A DNA stretch of 64,000 nt, taken from a virus. Numbering within the stretch: the first letter of the stretch is position 1; each line of letters opens with the position of its first letter. Under the pieces are notes generated by a model. That model had not been told where the DNA came from, made no database searches, and saw nothing but the letters and a program-made list of their open reading frames with translations. Below, piece after piece: positions 39,204 through 47,385 of the stretch. The translations under genes were made by a program, and so were the position numbers. The stretch is taken from the IMG/VR virus record IMGVR_UViG_3300027365_000009, positions 1 through 64,000 of that record; one strand, 5' to 3'.

Positions 39204-39338
39204 TAATGACCTGGAGGGCTAAAATGAGCGCCCTCTAACCTACCCTGGACAGGCCAGGGAGCAGAAGCAAGACCCGGGAGTGGGTAACTACTCCCTCTAT
39301 TGTAGTAAACCAAAAAATCGAAAGAACGGAGAACTACC

Positions 39339-39506
39339 ATGGCCAAGACCAACATGAAGTCCAAGTTCAAGCGTGCCTACAACACCACCAAACGTTTCGG
39401 ACATGAAACGCTGGACGCCACCGCCATCGGTGGAATGGCAGGTACCGCATTGGGTGTCCTGGGTGGGTTGACTTATGTTGCCGTCAACCTGTACACCAAA
39501 AAGTAA
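39339..39506 (+). CDS. 55-aa glycine-zipper membrane protein (not in ORF track)
   Basis: GGAG RBS. MAKTNMKSKFKR...IGGMAGTALGVLGGLTYVAVNLYTKK. Confidence 0.7.
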   Translation: MAKTNMKSKFKRAYNTTKRFGHETLDATAIGGMAGTALGVLGGLTYVAVNLYTKK

Positions 39507-39546
39507 TCGTCATCACTAAAACGAAAGAACCATAAGGAGTTACACC

Positions 39547-39714
39547 ATGTTCACCAAGACCACCGATTTTCAGCAAGACGACAGCAAGAAAAAGAAGGCT
39601 GTCAAAGTAGCTGGTAAAGTATTCAAGGGTGCCGTGGGTGTCGGTACCTGTGTGGGCATGACCCTGCTCGGGGTCGCCACTGCTAAGATGATCGTTGACG
39701 TCAACAACAGTTAA
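39547..39714 (+). CDS. 55-aa Gly-rich membrane protein (not in ORF track)
   Basis: TAAGGAG RBS. MFTKTTD..KKKKAVK..GAVGVGTCVGMTLLGVATA. Confidence 0.7.
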   Translation: MFTKTTDFQQDDSKKKKAVKVAGKVFKGAVGVGTCVGMTLLGVATAKMIVDVNNS

Positions 39715-39722
39715 CGGTCATC

Positions 39723-39756
39723 AAAGGGACGTCGCATTGACGTCCCTTTATTTTTT
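39723..39756 (+). terminator. Rho-independent terminator
   Basis: aaagggacgtc-gcatt-gacgtcccttt followed by a T-run. Confidence 0.8.
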
Positions 39757-39779
39757 GTCTTCACTGAGGTTTCTTCTCA

Positions 39780-40226
39780 ATGATCATTGGATCAGTATAT
39801 GCCGGAGATATCTTTGCTACTGGAATGCAAACGATCACATGTCCTACCAACTGCGTCGGTGTCATGGGGAAAGGATTAGCAAAGACAACAAAAGAACGCT
39901 ATCCTAACGTATGGCGGGTTTATCGGCGCGCTTTTGAAGAAGGAGGATTACATCCTCACCGCCCACTTATCGCTACGGCATACCCTGGTCGCCAGGTTTT
40001 ATGTTTTCACACGAAACGACATTGGCGCGATGCGTCAAAGGTAGACGATATTGAGATGGGACTCCGTTACCTCGTCGATAATTATCGGGTAATGTACATT
40101 GATTCGATCGCCATCCCAGCCATTGGGTGTGGGTTGGGCGGCCTTGATTGGGTGACTCAAGTTAAGCCACTTATCTGTCATTACCTTGACCCGATAGACC
40201 TTCCGGTTATGTTATATGAACCATAA
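39780..40226 (+). CDS. Macrodomain protein (DarG/TARG1-like)
   Basis: GDIF, NCVGVMGKGLA, F-TK-HWR--S and SIAIPAIGCGLGGLDW motifs. Confidence 0.9.
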   Translation: MIIGSVYAGDIFATGMQTITCPTNCVGVMGKGLAKTTKERYPNVWRVYRRAFEEGGLHPHRPLIATAYPGRQVLCFHTKRHWRDASKVDDIEMGLRYLVDNYRVMYIDSIAIPAIGCGLGGLDWVTQVKPLICHYLDPIDLPVMLYEP

Positions 40227-40236
40227 GGAGACTCAC

Positions 40237-40512
40237 ATGTATACGACCAAGCGCGATACGGCGAAATATTGGAAAGAACTCCTGATAGGAACAAGCCTCT
40301 TGATATTCCTTTGGTTGGGAAGTGTTGCGTATGGTAAATCCGACACGGTAACAGTGACTGATGTAGTAAATCGTGTCAGTCACGAACGGAACCTAACGGT
40401 AGAAGAACGTTCGCGATTAGCTGAACGGGTATCTGGATGGGTGACCAATAACCCAAACCTCATTAAAACACCGATGGTTGTTTATCATTATTTAGGGGGA
40501 GGTAACCAATAG
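40237..40512 (+). CDS. Membrane/secreted hypothetical protein
   Basis: TAAGGAG RBS and an N-terminal hydrophobic segment. Confidence 0.6.
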   Translation: MYTTKRDTAKYWKELLIGTSLLIFLWLGSVAYGKSDTVTVTDVVNRVSHERNLTVEERSRLAERVSGWVTNNPNLIKTPMVVYHYLGGGNQ

Positions 40513-40560
40513 TATGTCGTAGTGCATCGGTTACCGTGTTACGTCATCACGCTACGGCAT

Positions 40561-40586
40561 ACGCCCTCCCCGTTTGGGGAGGGCGT
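40561..40586. terminator. Terminator hairpin between convergent genes
   Basis: acgccctcccc-gttt-ggggagggcgt flanked by ggcat and tatgcc, with a T-run. Confidence 0.8.
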
Positions 40587-40650
40587 TCTATGCCGTTTTT
40601 TTTTTATTTGTTATCTAAACAAAAACTAGCAAAGGGGACCGCGGTGGTGG

Positions 40651-42186
40651 TTAAGCCCACCAGGCAACTTCATCGTCAGTACCCAGGGCGCCACCACCGG
40701 GCATGGCGAGGGTCACCTCATAGTCTTTATCAATGTCCCATGGAATCGTCCCAACGGGTTTAAAGGGAAGAACGAAATATTGGTCTTTTGGATCAGTTAC
40801 GGCGTTACGATGCTTGCCCCGTTGTACCGTTAAGAACGACTCGCCATTAATCACGACCTTATGAATGAAAAACTCAAGGTCGGGTTCTTGGCCCAAACGA
40901 CGACATCCATCGTAGTAGCCTTTGTTGGCGACGACCTTAACAAAGTCCTCAACATTTTCACGGGTAAGCTGTAATGCGTCCGAACTGAGCTGATGTGGTG
41001 TGATGCAAGTAATGCCTCGCGTGGCAGTGTAATTTCGGAGTTGGCGGAACAATAGCCGGATATCATCACCCGCCACTTTAGCGTCAATCCCGGCCTTCGA
41101 TACCATGTTTAGGTAATCGATGAAAAGACCAATGATTTCGTACCCGTCTGCATAAAGACCATCCAGGAACCCCTTCAGAGATGCCGCACTGAAATCGGTC
41201 GGATCAAAGCGATCCATACGGATTTCAAACCCGGTTTCTCTTAACCGCTCCGAAACATAAGCCGATGCTTCATTGACGTCAACTTCAGAGTCAACTACCG
41301 CTTCTCCGGTGTCATTTTCCTTGAGGTATTTATAAATCCACAGAAGGTTATCTGGGATCTCGTTTTCGAAAGTGATGAACTGCAATAGCGGTTTACGGGT
41401 GCTATCACGGAGATAGGGTTTATTAAACAGCGCTGCATGTGTGAAGAGTGAGAGCATAAAACCGGATTTGAAGTGATGTTGTAGACCACCAACAACAGCA
41501 AACTCCCCGCGTTTAATCGCACCAACCTTACCCAGTGCCCGGTTAAGACCCTTCCAACCAAACTGCAGAGCACCTTCAGTCGACATTGTCACTTTCACGT
41601 CCTCAAAGAGCTTTTCGAGTTCCTCGGGTTCGGCAAAGTCCATGCTACCCATCAACGCCGGATGCTTCTGCCGGCTACGGGCTTTGATAAACGGTTCCAG
41701 TCGTTCTCCCAGCATGGTAACCTCTTCCACGATATCATTCACCTTACCGCGCTGGAAGACCATACGGTGGTGGGTCTCTTTTAAGAGGGAGACAATCTTT
41801 TCATCGTTTAAGAACTGGGACAAGTTGTTACGGTATGACTGAATTATCTTTACGGTCTCTTTCGGAGACTCGTGTTTTTCCATCAATGCCGTCATCACCG
41901 CTTCATACAGGAAGTTCTCTTCCCGACAAGCGACTTGAACCTGCTGAAGCACTTCAGTCTCACTGGGGAAGTTATCGTCTCCGCGACTGTTGAGCCACAT
42001 AACCAGATTGCGTAGTTCAAGGAAGGTTTGACGACTATGGTCGTGATCCACGCTAGCTTCGGGGATCGGCAAGGTCTCAAGAATATTATTGATCAACTCA
42101 TTAGAGGGGGAGGTGGCGACCCCATCGCGGTGTTCGAGACACAGTAGGCTCGTACACGTAATTAATAATTGCTTAGGTGAAAACAT
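40651..42186 (-). CDS. dnaB: DnaB-like replicative helicase (phiKZ gp118-like)
   Basis: Variant Walker A GGLQHHFKSG, ITFEN, FIDYL, TPHQLS and RGKHR. Divergent from the capsid genes as in phiKZ. Confidence 0.88.
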   Translation of the reverse strand: MFSPKQLLITCTSLLCLEHRDGVATSPSNELINNILETLPIPEASVDHDHSRQTFLELRNLVMWLNSRGDDNFPSETEVLQQVQVACREENFLYEAVMTALMEKHESPKETVKIIQSYRNNLSQFLNDEKIVSLLKETHHRMVFQRGKVNDIVEEVTMLGERLEPFIKARSRQKHPALMGSMDFAEPEELEKLFEDVKVTMSTEGALQFGWKGLNRALGKVGAIKRGEFAVVGGLQHHFKSGFMLSLFTHAALFNKPYLRDSTRKPLLQFITFENEIPDNLLWIYKYLKENDTGEAVVDSEVDVNEASAYVSERLRETGFEIRMDRFDPTDFSAASLKGFLDGLYADGYEIIGLFIDYLNMVSKAGIDAKVAGDDIRLLFRQLRNYTATRGITCITPHQLSSDALQLTRENVEDFVKVVANKGYYDGCRRLGQEPDLEFFIHKVVINGESFLTVQRGKHRNAVTDPKDQYFVLPFKPVGTIPWDIDKDYEVTLAMPGGGALGTDDEVAWWA

Positions 42187-42345
42187 GTAAGTCGTGTCCT
42201 TACCGGTTACACGAAACGGAAAGAAAGAATTCGTTACCTCGCTCAGGCACATCATAAGAAACTCAGGTAGTTTTCCCCATATGTGTATGAAACGTCTCTT
42301 TTCTGTCCCCATGCTATGTTAGCTGTATAAATCGTGGAGTTACCT

Positions 42346-42873
42346 ATGGTCCGCTTACTGGTGGTACCTGAGGCCATCATGACCATGCTCATTCGAGAGG
42401 GGATACCCTACTCGATCCTCAAAGATGTTGAGTCGATGAGTGGGGCATTGTCCGTACATGATATGGCCGAAATCCATATGGCTCAAAAGCAGTTCCCTTT
42501 TGAGTTTGATCAATCCCTTGAAATTCAATTCGCCCGATCGCCGCTGGTGGAGTTAGCGGAATCGTCGGAGAGTCGTACACTCTATGAACGACTTAATGAG
42601 CGTATTGAGACATTAACACTCCGCGAAAGCGCCGAGCGTGAGTCGTTTACCCCTGTCTATACGCTATATCCTGTAGACGAGACACTTTGGGTCGCAGTGC
42701 TGCAGAGGCAGGACTCACGGGAAGGCGATCCACATCGCGAATTACTCTCGTCCAATCACGCGTTCTTTGACGCGTTAATGGCGCAAACCTTACACCTTCA
42801 TTCGTTCGAACGAGTGTGTAGCACTAACCTCTTCACCTATTATCTGAAAGCTCTTCCCGCACAAGCTGCGTGA
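42346..42873 (+). CDS. Conserved protein preceding the major capsid gene (phiKZ gp119-like position)
   Basis: GGAG RBS, synteny. Confidence 0.6.
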   Translation: MVRLLVVPEAIMTMLIREGIPYSILKDVESMSGALSVHDMAEIHMAQKQFPFEFDQSLEIQFARSPLVELAESSESRTLYERLNERIETLTLRESAERESFTPVYTLYPVDETLWVAVLQRQDSREGDPHRELLSSNHAFFDALMAQTLHLHSFERVCSTNLFTYYLKALPAQAA

Positions 42874-42939
42874 GAGTGTCGTGATGATATGTCGAAGTGT
42901 GTCTCCCTGTAACTTCCTACGCGTAAGGAAATCAACACC

Positions 42940-45210
42940 ATGAGTAACCTCAAGAAGCTGTTTGCTGCTCGTCACGACGCGATGAGCAAAGACTTCCAGA
43001 TCGGCGAGTTCGTCGCCTCCCTGGAGTCTCACTCCGATACCGTGGGCAGCCCCCTGGCTGGCGGTAAGGAACTGGTCGGTCGTATCTCCACCGAAGCGTT
43101 CGGTGATATCGGCACCGAAGAAGCGGCCTCCTGTCAGGAGCTGTACGCTTCCATGCACGAGATGCTCGAGCGTGAAGGCTTCGAGTCTTTCAATGCCAAG
43201 CGTGGCGCCGACGCCCAGCGTGTGGGTGAGAACCAGGTCCTGTCCGCGACCCTGGCTGCCATCGCCGGTAACGACGAAGTTCGCTACAAGCGCTCCCTGC
43301 AGGGCATGCGTAGCGTCCCGCAGTCCAACAACCCGAACGTCATCGCCATCTCCCCGATGATCGACGGCCCGCACGGTCAGATGCCCGTTCTCTCCGAGAA
43401 CACCGGTCTGGAGAACTACAACGAGAAGTCCCAGCGTGACTTCCGTGTGATCTCTGTGGCCTACAACCTGGCCGCTGCTCGTCAGGACGCCTTTGGCGAA
43501 GCCCTGTATCCCACCGTGGTGGTCAACCCCACCGAAGGCGGTGTGACCCAGAACCTGACCTACGCTGCTGTCCTGAAAGACGTGTTCCACGAAGTCACCG
43601 GTGCGCTGTTCGACACCCGTGAAGTGAACATGGTCGAAGCCTTCCGTGACCCGTCCGTCCTGGAAGATGCCAGCACCAAGCTGGTGCCCGTGGTTGACGA
43701 CGCCGACAAGAACGCTCGTGTGTTCGTTGATCCCGCCGTTATCGCACCGCAGGACATCGAGCTCGAGAAAGGCGGTACCGTCAAGACCGCTCCGCTGAAG
43801 ATCGGTGAGAAGTTCGACCTTATCGGTGTGTCCAACCGTCAGCAACTGATCGCTGGCAACCTGCTGGACGTATCCGACACCATCGATCCGGCCATGCGCC
43901 TGAAGCACCTGTACGTGCGTCTGGGTGGCACCACTCCGAAAGTGGTTCGCTTCACCGTTGAGCGTATGCCCACCGCGGTGTTCCAGCCCAGCCTGACCAA
44001 CGACACCCGTCTGGCGCAGCTGAACTTCACCACCGAAGACCTGGTCGTGTCCGCCTCCACCAAGGCCATCGATGGTTCCACCAACGCGGCTATCGACGAG
44101 ATCGTCAACCGCAGCTGGACCATGCGGCTGTCCGTGGGCGTTTCCGGTTCCGTCTCCCTGTCCAAGGGTGATGCCTGGATCAACGCTACCCCGGTCGTGA
44201 TCGAAGACATCTTCGACGACGCCGGTCAGAAGCTGGACAAGTCCGCTGGCGATGCCAAGACCGTGGCCGATGCCTTCGGTGACATGACCGTTCTCGGTTA
44301 CGACCTGGATGCACGCTTCACCAACTCCAACCGTCGTGAGCGTGGCCAGCTGGTGCAGACTCGTACTCTGCAGTTCCGCTACCCGATCCCGATGCACAGC
44401 CCGATCACCCTGCCGATGTCCACCATGGACGAGTCCGGCCCGGGCGACGTGGTCAAGACCCTGACCGTGGCCACCAACATCCGCAACAGCAACAACGCGG
44501 TGACCCGTCTGCTGAACTACCTGGCTCAGCTGCGCGAAGTGGTGCGTTCTGGTTACGACCGTCCGAAATTCGGTGCTGTGGAAGGTGCCCTGTCCGCCAT
44601 GATCCGTCCGACCTACCGGTCTGGCACCCTGGATCTCGAGCAGGCCATCGACACCGTGCGCTCCAAGGATCGTTGGGAAGACGTCTGCGAGACCATCCTC
44701 AACACCATCAAGAGCCTGCTGTTCCCGGCCTACCGTGACTCCAACATCGAGGCGGCCTTCCAGACCGTCACCGGTAATGCTGATGAGCGTCCCAAGTTCA
44801 TCATCGCCACCGATAAGGAGATCGCTCACTACCTGATGCGTGTCGGCGACGACCGTACTCTGGGTTCCTACCTGAAGTACGACATCGTCAGCACCAACAA
44901 CGAGCGCTTCGACGGTAAGATCGTGATCGTGCCGACCCGTGAGAACCCGGTTGAGAACGACATCCTCAACTTCGGTCAGTTCTACTACGTGCCGACCATC
45001 ATCGCGGACCTGCCGATCAGCCGTAACGGTCAGATCTCTCGTGAGATTGCTGCCGTGCCGTTCAACCTGCACGTCAACAACATCCCGTTCGCTATCGAGA
45101 TCGACGTTGTGGGTCTGGACAAGGTGATGGGTTCTTCTCAGTACAACAGCCTCCCGGGCTTCCAGACTGAGCAAGTAGAAATCACCGACACCACCACTAC
45201 TTCTCCCTAA
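42940..45210 (+). CDS. Major capsid protein (phiKZ gp120-like)
   Basis: 756 aa with very strong codon bias. GLE-NYNEK cleavage site, YNL-AARQD-FGE--YPT, NSNRRERG and H--NIP motifs. Confidence 0.92.
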   Translation: MSNLKKLFAARHDAMSKDFQIGEFVASLESHSDTVGSPLAGGKELVGRISTEAFGDIGTEEAASCQELYASMHEMLEREGFESFNAKRGADAQRVGENQVLSATLAAIAGNDEVRYKRSLQGMRSVPQSNNPNVIAISPMIDGPHGQMPVLSENTGLENYNEKSQRDFRVISVAYNLAAARQDAFGEALYPTVVVNPTEGGVTQNLTYAAVLKDVFHEVTGALFDTREVNMVEAFRDPSVLEDASTKLVPVVDDADKNARVFVDPAVIAPQDIELEKGGTVKTAPLKIGEKFDLIGVSNRQQLIAGNLLDVSDTIDPAMRLKHLYVRLGGTTPKVVRFTVERMPTAVFQPSLTNDTRLAQLNFTTEDLVVSASTKAIDGSTNAAIDEIVNRSWTMRLSVGVSGSVSLSKGDAWINATPVVIEDIFDDAGQKLDKSAGDAKTVADAFGDMTVLGYDLDARFTNSNRRERGQLVQTRTLQFRYPIPMHSPITLPMSTMDESGPGDVVKTLTVATNIRNSNNAVTRLLNYLAQLREVVRSGYDRPKFGAVEGALSAMIRPTYRSGTLDLEQAIDTVRSKDRWEDVCETILNTIKSLLFPAYRDSNIEAAFQTVTGNADERPKFIIATDKEIAHYLMRVGDDRTLGSYLKYDIVSTNNERFDGKIVIVPTRENPVENDILNFGQFYYVPTIIADLPISRNGQISREIAAVPFNLHVNNIPFAIEIDVVGLDKVMGSSQYNSLPGFQTEQVEITDTTTTSP

Positions 45211-45240
45211 CCCTTAGGTTAGTGTGAAACAGTGATAATG

Positions 45241-45265
45241 GAGGCCGCCTTCCGGGGCGGCCTCT
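45241..45265 (+). terminator. Terminator hairpin after the capsid gene
   Basis: gaggccgcc-ttccgg-ggcggcctc followed by tatgcc. Confidence 0.75.
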
Positions 45266-45327
45266 ATGCCATATTTTACTATTGGTTATGTTCTTATGAG
45301 AAACAATCACTTATACGAGGTGTGGTT

Positions 45328-45639
45328 ATGTTTATCTTTCCAGTCAGGTTATGCGGCGTTCGGTATTTGTCACTCCCCAATGGACGTTATTTAAAATACG
45401 ATGATAATGAAAGTACATTCCTGAACATTGATGCTCCACCGAGCGGTGCCTATATTGTGGACGTCGAAAGACACCTTCAGGGCACCGATGGATTCTTACT
45501 GGAATGTCCTAAACAAAACATCTGGTGTGTTAATACCAAGGGAGAATGTTTCAACATCGGAAAATCTTTATGCGTTTGTGGTCCGGTAGGTGGTCGGGAG
45601 CCCACCATTGTTAAAACAAAACCAAACGACGGCTACTGA
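45328..45639 (+). CDS. Hypothetical protein
   Basis: GAGGT RBS before ATG 45328. Confidence 0.55.
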   Translation: MFIFPVRLCGVRYLSLPNGRYLKYDDNESTFLNIDAPPSGAYIVDVERHLQGTDGFLLECPKQNIWCVNTKGECFNIGKSLCVCGPVGGREPTIVKTKPNDGY

Positions 45640-45688
45640 ACGATCGTTTTATCAAACATGATATGACACCCATTTAAGGATTCGTATC

Positions 45689-46102
45689 ATGTTACGTTTA
45701 ATGAAACAACTCTTTGCCCACCCTTCGGTTGTTGATCCTCTGTATGAACGACTCACAGGGAAAGAAGCCGACTATTTAACCGACGACGATAGGACCCAGG
45801 GACTCATTGGGGTGATGCGCACCTATGAGCCCTTTAAGCTCATTCAGCGCTTCTTAGCACTCGTAGTGATCCTTACCTACGTGGGAGTTTGGATACTGAG
45901 CGTTGGCTTGTTCGCCTGGGCAGGCATTGCGTCACTGGCAGGTCACGACACCACCATTTTGGTTAGTATCGCAGATCGGATCACCACCCTCAATCGAGAA
46001 CTGTTAGAGTGGCCCGCCCTGTTGGTCCTCTCTCTGTACTTTGGTGGGGGTGTGGCTGAGGGTATCTTGGAACGCTGGAAAACACGCCGTCCCAGTAAGT
46101 GA
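45689..46102 (+). CDS. Two-TM membrane protein (holin-like candidate)
   Basis: PFKLIQR-LA, two TM segments, YFGG motif and a basic C-terminus. Confidence 0.55.
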   Translation: MLRLMKQLFAHPSVVDPLYERLTGKEADYLTDDDRTQGLIGVMRTYEPFKLIQRFLALVVILTYVGVWILSVGLFAWAGIASLAGHDTTILVSIADRITTLNRELLEWPALLVLSLYFGGGVAEGILERWKTRRPSK

Positions 46103-46142
46103 AACTAAAAATACTCGGAGCCTCTATGTAATGAGGGAAACT

Positions 46143-46442
46143 GCCCCGGTGGTGGAATGGTAGACACAGGAGACTTTGGTAACTGAGCCTCCATGGGGAA
46201 ACCTGTGGTTGCACACACTCTCAAATTCAGGGAAACCTTCCAGTTCGGCTGATGGCAATCCTGAGCGAAGCCTCGACAGAGGAACGTGCAGAGACTAGAC
46301 GGGAGTGGGCTACGTCCAGTAATGGATATGCTTGAGGGATAGTCCAGACCCCAAACGCATTCAGGTGCGGTAGTGAAAGCTATAGTGGGTAAGAAAATCT
46401 CCCGACCGTATGGTCGTGCCGATTCGAGTTCGGCTCGGGGCA
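46143..46442 (+). tRNA. trnL: tRNA-Leu(UAA), intron-containing (exons 46143-46176 and 46394-46442)
   Basis: Acceptor gccccgg/tcggggc plus discriminator A. D-arm gtggaatggtagacac, spliced anticodon arm ggaga-CTTAAAA-tctcc, long variable arm cgacc-gtat-ggtcg, T-arm gccga-ttcgagt-tcggc. No encoded CCA. Confidence 0.93.
46177..46393 (+). ncRNA. Group I intron (trnL/IC3-like, 217 nt) in the tRNA anticodon
   Basis: P AAATTCAGGGAAACC, Q AATCCTGAGC, R GTGCAGAGACTAGA and S GATAGTCC. P1 ggagactt/gagcctcc, terminal G, inserted at U^AA. Confidence 0.93.
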
Positions 46443-46465
46443 CCCTCCCGATTTCAAAGAACCCA

Positions 46466-47218
46466 GGAAGCTTGAAGGTGGATCACTAGGGATAGTCCGT
46501 CCAACTAAGAACGAGCGGATGGCGTAGGTGTGGAACACGCTTCGGGGACAGCCCCACACAATGCGATCGAAACCTTCACTTTCCCATCCTCAAGATTGTC
46601 GGTTGTCTTGAGGATTACGCATAAACCGACTAGTTATCGGTAAGCCGCATGCCAGGTGCTGAAAAAAAAAAGCACCCTCAACAACGGTGTGGGGTAAAAG
46701 ATACACTCCCGCCATTCCGATAGCGAAAGGGAGAGGTCAGGTATGCTGGTCCGATACATACCGACCTAGGAAGCTGAGACTGGACAAGTCGCGGGGCGTC
46801 TTCCTTTAACGTGGGAAGTTATTGGGCGACATAGGGCGGTGAGTAGGCTGCTGTTGGGTGAATCACCCGATGTCAGTACGAAAGCATCCCATCTCGCGGC
46901 GGGCCTAATCAACTCCGGATGTTACTTAAGTAACGCGGAGTGATAGTGGTACCACGTCGTGTGGGCCACAGATCCTGTGTTCCAGCACAGTTGTTGATGA
47001 ACATGCGGTTGACTGGAGAACCGCATACAAGGCACTAGAACGGTGAGTTGGGAGCCTGACCTAATGCACCTGGGTAACTGGGTAGCGCGATAATGCACCG
47101 TTTAGGAGAGCGTTCTCCCTTAGAGGCAGGTACTGCATTGGGAGATTGTCCGGAAGAAGGATTGACCGGGAAACCGGAGATCGATGGGGTGAGGTAACTC
47201 ACGCCCTACAGCCGGACA
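46466..47218 (+). ncRNA. Candidate large structured non-coding RNA (or tandem RNAs)
   Basis: No ORF of 60 aa or more in any frame, many nested helices and GNRA loops, lies between the tRNA and a terminator hairpin. Confidence 0.7.
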
Positions 47219-47231
47219 TTATCCGCATAAT

Positions 47232-47252
47232 ACCCTCCCTACGGGGAGGGGT
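47232..47252 (+). terminator. Terminator-like hairpin closing the RNA locus
   Basis: accctccc-tacg-gggagggg flanked by gcataa and ttatgt. Confidence 0.65.
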
Positions 47253-47327
47253 TATGTTGCCACCATAACAAAAACACTACCCACATAACGGGTAGGGACT
47301 ATGCCGTCACTTAGGTAAGTCCATTCA

Positions 47328-47346
47328 TTTTGACATCTACATTATC
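47328..47346 (+). promoter_or_regulatory. Candidate early promoter of the nvRNAP-subunit operon
   Basis: Second copy of ttttgacatctacattatc. Confidence 0.65.
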
Positions 47347-47385
47347 TTCGTGACCGTACCGAATGTACTGACATGGAGATTGACG

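Noticed and set aside
42790-45174. 794-aa minus-strand ORF
   Set aside because: Antisense shadow of the codon-biased major capsid gene, with no recognisable motifs.
46105-46443. 112-aa minus ORF
   Set aside because: Antisense to the tRNA and its intron.
46466-47218. tmRNA, RNase P RNA, group II intron or further tRNAs
   Set aside because: No tRNA-like ends, GAGGAAAGUCC core, domain V or TTCGA T-arm cloverleaf could be found.
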